From Eledone cirrhosa (taxonomy: Eukaryota), in contig OZ024740.1 of NCBI GenBank assembly GCA_964016885.1, positions 439,146,001 to 439,210,000 on the forward strand: a stretch of DNA of 64,000 nucleotides, read 5' to 3'. The notes under the pieces are model-generated. The model did not search any database and was not told the origin of the DNA. It saw only the letters and a list, made by a program, of their open reading frames with translations. The position numbers and the translations under genes were made by a program. This document shows, in pieces, positions 14,301 through 28,060 of this stretch (its first letter is position 1; each line of letters starts with the position of its first letter).

Positions 14301-17300
14301 GTTGTGAGGTATCTCTCTGTTGTGAGTTTTGTTTCTGTTATGAGGTGTCTCTCTGTTGTGAGCTGTATTTCTGTTGTGAGGTGGCCCTCTGTTATGAGGA
14401 GTCTCTCTGTTGTGAGGTATCTCTCTGTTGTGAGGTGTCTCTCTGTTGTGAGGTTTCTCTCTGCTGTTACGTGTCTCTCTGTTGTGAGGTGTACCTCTGT
14501 TGTGAGGTGTCTCTCTGTTATGTTTCTTTCTGTTGTGTTGTTTCTTTCTGTTGTGAGGTCTCTTGCTGTTGAGAGGTTTCTTTCTTTTGTGAGGTGTCTC
14601 TCTGTTGTGAGATTTCCTGCTGTTGTGAGGTGTCTCTCTGTTGTGAGGTGTCTCTCTATTGTGAGGTGTCTCTTTGTTTTGAGGTTTCTTTCTGTTGTGT
14701 GTTTCTTTCTGTTGTGAGGTGTCTCTCTGTTGTGAGGTCTTCCTATGTTGTGAGGTGTCTCTCTGTTGTAAAGTGTCACCTTCTTGTGAGGTTTCTTTCT
14801 GTTGTGAGGTGACTCTCTGTTGTTGTGCTGTTTCTTTCTGTTATGAGTATTATTTATGTTGTGAGGTACTCTCTTTCGAGAGGTGTCTCTCTGTTGTTAG
14901 GTTTCTTTCTGTTGTGTGGTTTCTTTCTGTTGTGAGGTCTCTTTCTGTTGTGGGGCTTATTTCTGTTGTGAGGTGTCTCTCTGTTGTGAGGTATCTCTCC
15001 GTTGTAAGGTGTCTCTTTTTTGTGAGGTGTCTATAAGTTGTGAGATTTCTTTCTGTTCTGAGGTTTCTGTCTGTTGTGAGGTGTCTCTCTGTTGAGAGGT
15101 GTGTGTCTCTCTGTTGTTAGGTTCTTTCTGTTGTGTGGTTTCTTTCTGTTGTGAGGTTTCTTTCTGCTATAAGCTGTCTCTCTGTTGTGAGGTGTCTCTC
15201 CGTTGTGAGGTGTCTCTCTGTTGTGCGGTTTCTTTCTGTTATGAGTTTTTTTCTGTTTTGAGGTGTCTTTCTTTTGTGAGGTGTCCCTCTGTTGTTAGGT
15301 TTCTTTCTGTTGTGAGGTTTCTTTCTATTGTCAAGTGTCTCTCTGTTGTGAGGTATCTCTCTGTTGTGATGTGTCTCTTTTTTTGTGAGCTGTTTCTTTG
15401 TTGTGAGGATTCTTGCTGTTGTTAGGTGTCTCTCTGTTGTGAGCTGTCTCTCTGTTGTGAGGTGGCCCTCTGTTGTGAAATGTCTCTCTGTTGTGAGGTG
15501 ACTCTCTGTTGTGAGGTGTCTCTCAGTTGTGCAGTTTCTTTCTGTTATGAGAATTTTCTGTTGTGAGGTGTCTCTCTTTTATGAGGAGTCTCTCTGTTGT
15601 TAGGTTTCTTTCTGTTGTGAGGTTTCTGTCTGCTGTGAGGTGTCTCTCTGTTGTGAGGTGTCTCCTTGTTATGAGTGTTCTAACTGTTGTGAGGTGTCTC
15701 TCTGTTGTTATGTTTCTTTGTGTTGTGTGGTTTTTTTCTGTTGTGAGGTCTCTTTCTGTTGTGAGGTTTCTTTCTGTTCTGAGGTTTCTCTCTGTTGTGA
15801 GGTGTCTCTCTGTTGTGAGGTGTCTCTTTGTTGTGAGGTGTCTCTTTGTTGTGGTTTCTTTCTATTGTGAGGTTTCTTTCTGTTGTGAGGTGTCTCTCTA
15901 TTGTGTGGTGTCTCTCTGCTGTGCGGTATATTTCTGTTGTGACGTGTCTCTCTGTTGCGAGGTTTGTTTCTGTTGTCAGGTTTCTTTCTGTTGTGAGGTG
16001 TCCCTATGTTGTGAGCTGTCTCTCTGTTGTAAGGTGTAACCTTTTTGTGAGGTTTCTTTCTGTTGTGAGGTGTCTATCTGTTGTGCGGTTTCATTCTGTT
16101 ATGAGGTTTCTATATGTCATGAGGTCTCTTCTGTTGTGAGGTTTCTTTCTGTTGTGAGGTGTCTCTCTGATGTCAGGTATCTCTCTGTTGTGAGGTGTCC
16201 CTTTGTTGTGAGTTGTCTCTTTGTTTTGCGGTTTCTTTCTGTTGTGAGGTTTCTTTCTGTTGTGAGGTGTCTCTCTATTGTGTGGTGTCTCTCTGTTGTG
16301 CGGTTTCTTTCTGTCGTGAGGTTCCTTTCTGTTGTGAGGTCTCTCTATGTTGTGATGTATCTCTCTGTTGTGAGGTGTATCTTTGTTGTGAGGTTTCCTT
16401 CTGCTGTAAGGTGTCAACTGTTGTGAGGTGTCTCTCTGTTGTGAGGTGTCCCTCTGTTGTGAGACGTCTCTCTGTTGTAAGGTGTCTCTCTGTTGTGAGG
16501 TGTCCCTCTGTTGTGAGGTATCTCTGTATTGTGAGGTGTCTCTTTTTGTGAGGTTTCTCTTTGTTATGAGGATTCTTTCTGTTGTGAGGTGTCTCTCTGT
16601 TGTTATGTTTCTTTCTGTTGTGTGGTATCTTTCTGTTGTGAGGTCTCTTGCTGTTGGGAGGTTTCTTTCTGTTGTGAGGTATCTCTCTGTTGTGAGGTGT
16701 CTCTTTGTTGTGAGGTGTCTCGTTATGTGAGGTGTCTCTTTGTTGTTAGGTTTCTTTTTGTTGTGAAGTTTCTTTCTGTTATGAGGTGTCTCTCTGTTGT
16801 GAGGTTTGTTTCTGTTATGAGGTATCTCTCTGTTGTGAGCTGTATTTCTGTTGTGAGGAGGCCCTCTGTTATGAGGTGTCTCTCTGTTGTGAGGTGTCTC
16901 TCTGTTGTGAGGTGTCTCTCTGTTGTGAGGTTTCTCTCTGCTGTTACGTGTCTCTCTGTTGTGAGGTGTCCCTCTGTTGTGAGGTGTCTCCTTCTTGTGA
17001 ATTTTCTTTCTGTTCTGAGGGATCTCTCTGTTGTGAGCTGTCTCTTTGTTGTGAGGTGTACCTTTGTTGTGAGGTGTCTCTCTGTTATGTTTCTTTTTGT
17101 TGTGTGGTTTCTTTCTGTTGTGAGGTCTCTTGCTGTTGTGAGGTTTCTTTATTTTGTGAGGTGTCTCTCTGTTGTGAGATTTCCTGCTGTTGTGAGGTGT
17201 CTCTCTGTTGTGAGGTGTCTCTCTGTTGTGAGGTGTCTCTTTGTTTTGAGGTTTCCTACTGTTGTGTGGTTTCTTTCTGTTGTGAGGTGTCTCTCTGTTG

Positions 17301-20300
17301 TGAGCTCTTCCTATGTTGCGAGGTGTCTCTCTGTTGTAAAGTGTCACCTTCTTCTGAGGTTTCTTTCTGTTGGGAGGTGACTCCCTGTTGTTGTGCTGTT
17401 TCTTTCTGTTATGAGTATTCTTTATGTTGTGAGGTACTCTCTTTCGAGAGGTATCTCTCTGTTGTTAGGTTTCTTTCTGTTGTGTGGTTTCTTTCTGTTG
17501 TGAGGTTTCTTTCTGCTGTAAGCTGTCTCTCTGTTGTGAGGTGTCTCTCCGTTGTGAGGTGTCTCTCTGTTGTGCGGTTTCTTTCTGTTATGAGTTTTTT
17601 CTGTTGTGAGGTGTACCTCTGTTGTGAGGTGTACCTCTGTTGCTAGGTGTCTCTCTGTTGTGAGGTCTCTCTCTGTTGTGAGGTGTCTCTCTGTTGTGCG
17701 GTTTCTTTCTGTTATGAGTTTTTTTCTGTTGTGAGGTGTACCTCTGTTGTGAGCTGTCTCGTCCTTGTGAGGTGTACCTCTGTTGCTAGGTGTCTCTCTG
17801 TTGTGAGGTCTCTCTCTGTTGTGAGGTGTCTCTCTGTTGTGAGGTGTCTCTCTGTTGTGCAGTTTCTTTCCGTTGTGTCGTTTCTATCTGCTGTGAGGTT
17901 TCTCTATGTTGTGAGGTGTCTCTCTATTGTGATGTGTCCCTCTGTTGTGAGGTGTCTCTCTGTTGTTATGTTTCTTTCTGTTGTGTGGTATCTTTCTGTT
18001 GTGAGGTCTCTTGCTGTTGGGAGTTTTCTTTCTGTTGTGAGGTATCTCTCTGTTGTGAGGTGTCTCTTTGTTGTGAGGTGTCTCGTTATGTGAGGTGTCT
18101 CTTTGTTGTGAGGTGTCTCTTTGTCGTGAGGTTTCTTTTTGTTGTGAGGTTTCTTTCTGTTGTGAGGTGTCTCTCTGTTGTGAGGTATCTCTCTGTTGTG
18201 AGTTTTGTTTCTGTTATGAGGTGTCTCTCTGTTGTGAGCTGTATTTCTGTTGTGAGGTGGCCCTCTGTTATGAGGAGTCTCTCTGTTGTGAGGTATCTCT
18301 CTGTTGTGAGGTGTCTCTCTGTTGTGAGGTTTCTCTCTGCTGTTACGTGTCTCTCTGTTGTGAGGTGTACCTCTGTTGTGAGGTGTCTCTCTGTTATGTT
18401 TCTTTCTGTTGTGTTGTTTCTTTCTGTTGTGAGGTCTCTTGCTGTTGAGAGGTTTCTTTCTTTTGTGAGGTGTCTCTCTGTTGTGAGATTTCCTGCTGTT
18501 GTGAGGTGTCTCTCTGTTGTGAGGTGTCTCTCTATTGTGAGGTGTCTCTTTGTTTTGAGGTTTCTTTCTGTTGTGTGTTTCTTTCTGTTGTGAGGTGTCT
18601 CTCTGTTGTGAGGTCTTCCTATGTTGTGAGGTGTCTCTCTGTTGTAAAGTGTCACCTTCTTGTGAGGTTTCTTTCTGTTGTGAGGTGACTCTCTGTTGTT
18701 GTGCTGTTTCTTTCTGTTATGAGTATTATTTATGTTGTGAGGTACTCTCTTTCGAGAGGTGTCTCTCTGTTGTTAGGTTTCTTTCTGTTGTGTGGTTTCT
18801 TTCTGTTGTGAGGTCACTTTCTGTTGTGGGGCTTATTTCTGTTGTGAGGTGTCTCTCTGTTGTGAGGTATCTCTCCGTTGTAAGGTGTCTCTTTTTTGTG
18901 AGGTGTCTATAAGTTGTGAGATTTCTTTCTGTTCTGAGGTTTCTGTCTGTTGTGAGGTGTCTCTCTGTTGAGAGGTGTGTGTCTCTCTGTTGTTAGGTTC
19001 TTTCTGTTGTGTGGTTTCTTTCTGTTGTGAGGTTTCTTTCTGCTATAAGCTGTCTCTCTGTTGTGAGGTGTCTCTCCGTTGTGAGGTGTCTCTCTGTTGT
19101 GCGGTTTCTTTCTGTTATGAGTTTTTTCTGTTTTGAGGTGTCTTTCTTTTGTGAGGTGTCCCTCTGTTGTTAGGTTTCTTTCTGTTGTGAGGTTTCTTTC
19201 TATTGTCAAGTGTCTCTCTGTTGTGAGGTATCTCTCTGTTGTGATGTGTCTCTTTTTTGTGAGCTGTTTCTTTGTTGTGAGGATTCTTGCTGTTGTTAGG
19301 TGTCTCTCTGTTGTGAGCTGTCTCTCTGTTGTGAGGTGGCCCTCTGTTTTGAAATGTCTCTCTGTTGTGAGGTGACTCTCTGTTGTGAGGTGTCTCTCAG
19401 TTGTGCAGTTTCTTTCTGTTATGAGAATTTTCTGTTGTGAGGTGTCTCTCTTTTATGAGGAGTCTCTCTGTTGTGAGGTGTCTCTCTGTGTTGAGTTGTC
19501 TCTCTGTTGTACCGATTATTTCTGTCGTGAGGTTTCTCTCTTTTGTGAGGGGTCTCTCTGTTGTTAGATTTCTTTCTGTTGTGTGGTTTCTTTCTGTTGT
19601 GAGGTTGCTTTCTGTTGTGAGGTTTCTTTCTGTTGTGACATGTCTCTCTGTTGTGATGTATCTCTCTGTTGTGAGGTGTCTCTCTGTTGTAAGGTTTGTT
19701 TCTATTGTGAGGTTTATTTCTGTTGTGAGGTATTTCTTTGTTGTGAGGTGTCTCTCTGTTGTGCGGTTCCTTTCTGTTGTGAAGTTTCTTTCTGTTGTGA
19801 GCTGCCTCTATATTGTCAGGTGTCTCTTTGTTGTGAGGTGTCTGTTTGTGGTGAGGTTTCTTTCTGTTGTGTGGTTTCTTTCTGTTGTGAGGTCACTTTC
19901 TGTTGTGGGGCTTATTTCTGTTGTGAGGTGTCTCTCTGTTGTGAGGTATCTCTCCGTTGTAAGGTGTCTCTTTTTTGTGAGGTGTCTATAAGTTGTGAGA
20001 TTTCTTTCTGTTCTGAGGTTTCTGTCTGTTGTGAGGTGTCTCTCTGTTGAGAGGTGTGTGTCTCTCTGTTGTTAGGTTCTTTCTGTTGTGTGGTTTCTTT
20101 CTGTTGTGAGGTTTCTTTCTGCTATAAGCTGTCTCTCTGTTGTGAGGTGTCTCTCCGTTGTGAGGTGTCTCTCTGTTGTGCGGTTTCTTTCTGTTATGAG
20201 TTTTTTTCTGTTTTGAGGTGTCTTTCTTTTGTGAGGTGTCCCTCTGTTGTTAGGTTTCTTTCTGTTGTGAGGTTTCTTTCTATTGTCAAGTGTCTCTCTG

Positions 20301-23300
20301 TTGTGAGGTATCTCTCTGTTGTGATGTGTCTCTTTTTTTGTGAGCTGTTTCTTTGTTGTGAGGATTCTTGCTGTTGTTAGGTGTCTCTCTGTTGTGAGCT
20401 GTCTCTCTGTTGTGAGGTGGCCCTCTGTTGTGAAATGTCTCTCTGTTGTGAGGTGACTCTCTGTTGTGAGGTGTCTCTCAGTTGTGCAGTTTCTTTCTGT
20501 TATGAGAATTTTCTGTTGTGAGGTGTCTCTCTTTTATGAGGAGTCTCTCTGTTGTTAGGTTTCTTTCTGTTGTGAGGTTTCTGTCTGCTGTGAGGTGTCT
20601 CTCTGTTGTGAGGTGTCTCCTTGTTATGAGTGTTCTAACTGTTGTGAGGTGTCTCTCTGTTGTTATGTTTCTTTGTGTTGTGTGGTTTTTTTCTGTTGTG
20701 AGGTCTCTTTCTGTTGTGAGGTTTCTTTCTGTTCTGAGGTTTCTCTCTGTTGTGAGGTGTCTCTCTGTTGTGAGGTGTCTCTTTGTTGTGAGGTGTCTCT
20801 TTGTTGTGGTTTCTTTCTATTGTGAGGTTTCTTTCTGTTGTGAGGTGTCTCTCTATTGTGTGGTGTCTCTCTGCTGTGCGGTATATTTCTGTTGTGACGT
20901 GTCTCTCTGTTGCGAGGTTTGTTTCTGTTGTCAGGTTTCTTTCTGTTGTGAGGTGTCCCTATGTTGTGAGCTGTCTCTCTGTTGTAAGGTGTAACCTTTT
21001 TGTGAGGTTTCTTTCTGTTGTGAGGTGTCTATCTGTTGTGCGGTTTCATTCTGTTATGAGGTTTCTATATGTCATGAGGTCTCTTCTGTTGTGAGGTTTC
21101 TTTCTGTTGTGAGGTGTCTCTCTGATGTCAGGTATCTCTCTGTTGTGAGGTGTCCCTTTGTTGTGAGTTGTCTCTTTGTTTTGCGGTTTCTTTCTGTTGT
21201 GAGGTTTCTTTCTGTTGTGAGGTGTCTCTCTATTGTGTGGTGTCTCTCTGTTGTGCGGTTTCTTTCTGTCGTGAGGTTCCTTTCTGTTGTGAGGTCTCTC
21301 TATGTTGTGATGTATCTCTCTGTTGTGAGGTGTATCTTTGTTGTGAGGTTTCCTTCTGCTGTAAGGTGTCAACTGTTGTGAGGTGTCTCTCTGTTGTGAG
21401 GTGTCCCTCTGTTGTGAGACGTCTCTCTGTTGTAAGGTGTCTCTCTGTTGTGAGGTGTCCCTCTGTTGTGAGGTATCTCTGTATTGTGAGGTGTCTCTTT
21501 TTGTGAGGTTTCTCTTTGTTATGAGGATTCTTTCTGTTGTGAGGTGTCTCTCTGTTGTTATGTTTCTTTCTGTTGTGTGGTATCTTTCTGTTGTGAGGTC
21601 TCTTGCTGTTGGGAGGTTTCTTTCTGTTGTGAGGTATCTCTCTGTTGTGAGGTGTCTCTTTGTTGTGAGGTGTCTCGTTATGTGAGGTGTCTCTTTGTTG
21701 TTAGGTTTCTTTTTGTTGTGAAGTTTCTTTCTGTTATGAGGTGTCTCTCTGTTGTGAGGTTTGTTTCTGTTATGAGGTATCTCTCTGTTGTGAGCTGTAT
21801 TTCTGTTGTGAGGAGGCCCTCTGTTATGAGGTGTCTCTCTGTTGTGAGGTGTCTCTCTGTTGTGAGGTGTCTCTCTGTTGTGAGGTTTCTCTCTGCTGTT
21901 ACGTGTCTCTCTGTTGTGAGGTGTCCCTCTGTTGTGAGGTGTCTCCTTCTTGTGAATTTTCTTTCTGTTCTGAGGGATCTCTCTGTTGTGAGCTGTCTCT
22001 TTGTTGTGAGGTGTACCTTTGTTGTGAGGTGTCTCTCTGTTATGTTTCTTTTTGTTGTGTGGTTTCTTTCTGTTGTGAGGTCTCTTGCTGTTGTGAGGTT
22101 TCTTTATTTTGTGAGGTGTCTCTCTGTTGTGAGATTTCCTGCTGTTGTGAGGTGTCTCTCTGTTGTGAGGTGTCTCTCTGTTGTGAGGTGTCTCTTTGTT
22201 TTGAGGTTTCCTACTGTTGTGTGGTTTCTTTCTGTTGTGAGGTGTCTCTCTGTTGTGAGCTCTTCCTATGTTGCGAGGTGTCTCTCTGTTGTAAAGTGTC
22301 ACCTTCTTCTGAGGTTTCTTTCTGTTGGGAGGTGACTCCCTGTTGTTGTGCTGTTTCTTTCTGTTATGAGTATTCTTTATGTTGTGAGGTACTCTCTTTC
22401 GAGAGGTATCTCTCTGTTGTTAGGTTTCTTTCTGTTGTGTGGTTTCTTTCTGTTGTGAGGTTTCTTTCTGCTGTAAGCTGTCTCTCTGTTGTGAGGTGTC
22501 TCTCCGTTGTGAGGTGTCTCTCTGTTGTGCGGTTTCTTTCTGTTATGAGTTTTTTCTGTTGTGAGGTGTACCTCTGTTGTGAGGTGTACCTCTGTTGCTA
22601 GGTGTCTCTCTGTTGTGAGGTCTCTCTCTGTTGTGAGGTGTCTCTCTGTTGTGCGGTTTCTTTCTGTTATGAGTTTTTTTCTGTTGTGAGGTGTACCTCT
22701 GTTGTGAGCTGTCTCGTCCTTGTGAGGTGTACCTCTGTTGCTAGGTGTCTCTCTGTTGTGAGGTCTCTCTCTGTTGTGAGGTGTCTCTCTGTTGTGAGGT
22801 GTCTCTCTGTTGTGCAGTTTCTTTCCGTTGTGTCGTTTCTATCTGCTGTGAGGTTTCTCTATGTTGTGAGGTGTCTCTCTATTGTGATGTGTCCCTCTGT
22901 TGTGAGGTGTCTCTCTGTTGTTATGTTTCTTTCTGTTGTGTGGTATCTTTCTGTTGTGAGGTCTCTTGCTGTTGGGAGTTTTCTTTCTGTTGTGAGGTAT
23001 CTCTCTGTTGTGAGGTGTCTCTTTGTTGTGAGGTGTCTCGTTATGTGAGGTGTCTCTTTGTTGTGAGGTGTCTCTTTGTCGTGAGGTTTCTTTTTGTTGT
23101 GAGGTTTCTTTCTGTTGTGAGGTGTCTCTCTGTTGTGAGGTATCTCTCTGTTGTGAGTTTTGTTTCTGTTATGAGGTGTCTCTCTGTTGTGAGCTGTATT
23201 TCTGTTGTGAGGTGGCCCTCTGTTATGAGGAGTCTCTCTGTTGTGAGGTATCTCTCTGTTGTGAGGTGTCTCTCTGTTGTGAGGTTTCTCTCTGCTGTTA

Positions 23301-26300
23301 CGTGTCTCTCTGTTGTGAGGTGTACCTCTGTTGTGAGGTGTCTCTCTGTTATGTTTCTTTCTGTTGTGTTGTTTCTTTCTGTTGTGAGGTCTCTTGCTGT
23401 TGAGAGGTTTCTTTCTTTTGTGAGGTGTCTCTCTGTTGTGAGATTTCCTGCTGTTGTGAGGTGTCTCTCTGTTGTGAGGTGTCTCTCTATTGTGAGGTGT
23501 CTCTTTGTTTTGAGGTTTCTTTCTGTTGTGTGTTTCTTTCTGTTGTGAGGTGTCTCTCTGTTGTGAGGTCTTCCTATGTTGTGAGGTGTCTCTCTGTTGT
23601 AAAGTGTCACCTTCTTGTGAGGTTTCTTTCTGTTGTGAGGTGACTCTCTGTTGTTGTGCTGTTTCTTTCTGTTATGAGTATTATTTATGTTGTGAGGTAC
23701 TCTCTTTCGAGAGGTGTCTCTCTGTTGTTAGGTTTCTTTCTGTTGTGTGGTTTCTTTCTGTTGTGAGGTCACTTTCTGTTGTGGGGCTTATTTCTGTTGT
23801 GAGGTGTCTCTCTGTTGTGAGGTATCTCTCCGTTGTAAGGTGTCTCTTTTTTGTGAGGTGTCTATAAGTTGTGAGATTTCTTTCTGTTCTGAGGTTTCTG
23901 TCTGTTGTGAGGTGTCTCTCTGTTGAGAGGTGTGTGTCTCTCTGTTGTTAGGTTCTTTCTGTTGTGTGGTTTCTTTCTGTTGTGAGGTTTCTTTCTGCTA
24001 TAAGCTGTCTCTCTGTTGTGAGGTGTCTCTCCGTTGTGAGGTGTCTCTCTGTTGTGCGGTTTCTTTCTGTTATGAGTTTTTTCTGTTTTGAGGTGTCTTT
24101 CTTTTGTGAGGTGTCCCTCTGTTGTTAGGTTTCTTTCTGTTGTGAGGTTTCTTTCTATTGTCAAGTGTCTCTCTGTTGTGAGGTATCTCTCTGTTGTGAT
24201 GTGTCTCTTTTTTGTGAGCTGTTTCTTTGTTGTGAGGATTCTTGCTGTTGTTAGGTGTCTCTCTGTTGTGAGCTGTCTCTCTGTTGTGAGGTGGCCCTCT
24301 GTTTTGAAATGTCTCTCTGTTGTGAGGTGACTCTCTGTTGTGAGGTGTCTCTCAGTTGTGCAGTTTCTTTCTGTTATGAGAATTTTCTGTTGTGAGGTGT
24401 CTCTCTTTTATGAGGAGTCTCTCTGTTGTGAGGTGTCTCTCTGTGTTGAGTTGTCTCTCTGTTGTACCGATTATTTCTGTCGTGAGGTTTCTCTCTTTTG
24501 TGAGGGGTCTCTCTGTTGTTAGATTTCTTTCTGTTGTGTGGTTTCTTTCTGTTGTGAGGTTGCTTTCTGTTGTGAGGTTTCTTTCTGTTGTGACATGTCT
24601 CTCTGTTGTGATGTATCTCTCTGTTGTGAGGTGTCTCTCTGTTGTAAGGTTTGTTTCTATTGTGAGGTTTATTTCTGTTGTGAGGTATTTCTTTGTTGTG
24701 AGGTGTCTCTCTGTTGTGCGGTTCCTTTCTGTTGTGAAGTTTCTTTCTGTTGTGAGCTGCCTCTATATTGTCAGGTGTCTCTTTGTTGTGAGGTGTCTGT
24801 TTGTGGTGAGGTTTCTTTCTGTTGTGGGGTCTATTTCTGTTGTGAGGTTTCTTTCTGTTGTGAGGTGTCTCTATGTTGTCAGGTGTTTCTTTGTTTTTGA
24901 GTTGTCTCTTTGTTGGGAGGTGTCTCTTTGTAGTGAGGTTTCACTCTGTTGTGATGTTTCTTTCTGTTGTGAGGTGTCTCTCTGTTGTGTGCTGTCTCTC
25001 TGTTGTGAAGTTTTGTTTCTGAAGTGAGGTGTCGCTCTGTTGTTAGGTTTCTTTCTTTTGTGTGGTTTCTTTCTGTTTTCAGGTCTCTTTCTGTTGTGAG
25101 TTTTCCTTCTGTTGTGAGGTGTCTCTCTGTTGTGAGGTGTCTCTCTTTTGTGAGGTGTCTCTTTGTTTTAGGTGTCTCTTTGTTGTGACGTTTCTTCTGT
25201 TGTGAAATTTCTCTCTGTTGTGCGGTTTGTTTCTGTTGTGAGGTTTCTTTCTGTTGCGAGGTGTCGCTCTGTTTTGAAGTGTCACTCTGATGTGAGTTTT
25301 CTTTCCGTTGTGAGGTTTCTTTCTGTTGTGAGGTGTCTCTCTGTTGTGAGTTCTCTCTCTGTTGTGAGGTGTCTCTCAGTTGTGAGGTTTGTTTCTGTTG
25401 TGAGGTTTCTTTCTGCTGTGAGGTGAATCTCAGTTGTTAGGTGTATCTCTGTTGTGAGGTGTCCCTCTGTTGAGAGGTGTCTCTCTCTTGTGAGGTGTCT
25501 CCCTGTTGTGAGGTTTCTTTCTGTTGTGAGGTGTCTATCTGTTGTGAGGTTTCTTTCTGTTGGGAGGTGTCTCTTTGTTGTGTGCTGTCTCTCTGTTGTG
25601 CGGTTTCTTTCTGTTGTGAGTTGTCTCTTTGTTGTGAGGTGTTTCTCTCTTGTGCGGTTCCTTTCAGTTGTGAGGTTTCTTTCTGTGGTGAGGTGTCTCT
25701 CTTTTGTGAGGTGTCTCTCTGTAGTTAAGTTTTTTTCTATTGTGTGGTTTCTTTCAGTTGTGAGGTCTCTTTCGGTTAAGATGTTTCTTTCTGTTGCGAA
25801 ATGTCATCCTGTTGTGAGGTGTCTCTCTGTTGTGAAGTTACTCTTCGTTGTGAGGTGTCTCTTTGTTGTGAGGTTTCTTTCTGTTGTGAAGTTTCTTTCT
25901 GTTGTGAGGTGTCTCTCTGTTTTGAGGTTTCTCTTTGTTGTGAAGTTGCTTTCTGTTGTGTCGTGTCTCTCTGTTGTGAGGTGTCTCTCTGTTGTGAGGT
26001 GTCTCTCCGTTGTGAAATGTCTCTCTGTTGTGAGGTTTGTATCTGTTGTGAGGTTTCTTTCTGCTGTGATGTGTCTCTCTGTTGTGAGGTATCTCTCTGT
26101 TGTCAGGTGTGCCTGTGTTCTGAGGTGTCTCTCTGTTGTCAGGTGTCTCCTTGTTGTGAGGTGTCTCTTTGTTGTGAGGTATCTCTCTGCATTGAGGTTT
26201 GTTTCTGTTGTGATGTGTCTTTCTGCTGCAAGGTGTCTCTCTGTTTTGAGGTGTCTCTTTTTTGTGAGGTGTCTCTTTGTTGTGAGGTTTTTTTCTGTTG

Positions 26301-28060
26301 TGAGGTTTCTCTCTGTTGTGAGGTATCTCTCAGCTATGCGGTCTCTTTCTGTTGTGAGGTTTCTTTCTGTTGTGAGGTGTCTCTCTGTTGTGAGGTGTCT
26401 CTCTGTTGTGAGGTGTCTCTTTTTTGTGAGATTTCTTTCTGTTGTGAGGTTTCTTTCTGTTGTGAGGTTTCTATCTGTTGTGAGGTGTCTCTCTATTGTG
26501 AGGTGTCTCTCTGTCGTGAGTTGTCTCTCTTGTGAGGTGTCTCTCTGTTGTGAGGTGTCTCTCTGTGTTGAGTTGTCTCTCTGTTGTACCGATTATTTCT
26601 GTTGTGAGGTTTCTCTCTTTTGTGAGGGGTCTCTCTGTTGTTAGATTTCTTTCTGTTGTGTGGTTTCTTTCTGTTGTGAGGTCGCTTTCTGTTGTGAGGT
26701 TTCTTTCTGTTGTGACATGTCTCTCTGTTGTGATGTATCTCTCTGTTGTGAGGTGTCTCTCTGTTGTGAGGTGTCTCTCTGTTGTGAGGTGTCTCTTTTT
26801 TGTGAGATTTTTTTCTGTTGTGAGGTCTCTTTCTGTTGTGAGGTTTCTTTCTGTTGTGAGGTGTCTCTCTGTTGTGAGGTGTCTCTCTGTTGTGAGGTGT
26901 CTCTTTTTTGTGAGATTTCTTTCTGTTGTGAGGTTTCTTTCTGTTGTGAGGTGTCTCTCTGTTGTGAGGTGTCTCTCTGTTGTGAGGTTTTTTTCTGTTG
27001 TGAGGTTTATTTCTGTTGTGAGGTGTCTTTCTGTTGTGAGGTGTCTCTGTTGTGAGGTGTCCCTCTGTTGTGAGGTGTCTCTTTGTTGTGAGGTGTCTCT
27101 CTGCATTGAGGTTTGTTTCTGTTGTGATGTGTCTTTCTGCTGCAAGGTGTCTTTCTGTTTTGAGGTGTATTTTTTTGTGAGGTGTTTCTTTTTTGTGAGG
27201 TTTCTTTCCTTTGTGAGGTTTCTCTCTGTTGTGAGGTATCTCTCTGCTATGCGGTCTCTTTCTGTTGTGAGGTTTCTTTCTGTTGTGAGGTGTCTCTCTG
27301 TTGTGAGGTGTCTCTCTGTTGTGAGGTGTCTCTTTGTTGTGAGGTTTCTTTCTGTTGTGAGGTTTCATTCTGTTGTGAGGTGTCTCTCTGTTGTGAGGTG
27401 TCTCTCTGTTGTGAGGTTTCTTTCTGTTGCGAGGTTTCTTTCTGTTGTGATGTGTCTTTCTGTTGTGAGGTGTCTCTGTTGTGAGGTGTCCCTCTGTTGT
27501 GAGGTGTCTCTTTGTTGTGAGGTGTCTCTTTGTTGTGAGGTGTCTCTCTGCATTGAGGTTTGTTTCTGTTGTGAGGGGTCTTTCTGCTGCAATGTGTCTT
27601 TCTATTGTGAAGTGTCTCTTTTTTGTGAGGAGTCTCTTTTTTGTGAGGTTTCTTCCTGTTGTGAGGTTTCTTTCTGTTTTGAGGTTTCTCTCTGTTGTGT
27701 GATATCTCTCTGCTGTGCGGTCTCTTTCTGTTGTGAGGTTTCTTTATGTTATGAGGTGTCTCTCTGTTGTGAGGTGTCTCTTTGTTGTGTGGTGTCTCTT
27801 TGTTGTGAGGTTTGTTTCTGTTGTGAGGTTTCTTTCTGTTGTTAAGTGTCTCTCTGTTGTGAGGTGTATCTCTGTTGTGAGGTTACATTCTGTTGTGAGG
27901 TTTTTTCTGTTGTGAGGTGTCTTTCTGTTGTGTGGTGTCTCTGTTGTGAGGTGTCCCTCTGTTGTGCGGTTTCTTTCTGTTGTGAGGTTTCTTTTTGTTG
28001 TGATGTGTCTCTCTGTTTTTAGGTGTCTCTCTGTTGCGAGGTGTCTCTCTGTTGTTATGT
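11315..28060 (+). repeat. 18-bp satellite array (consensus TGTTGTGAGGT[G/T]TCT[C/T]TC), about 16.7 kb, with higher-order repeats
   Basis: Direct reading; identical ORF translations recur at offsets of 4955, 3876 and 3717 bp. Confidence 0.98.
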
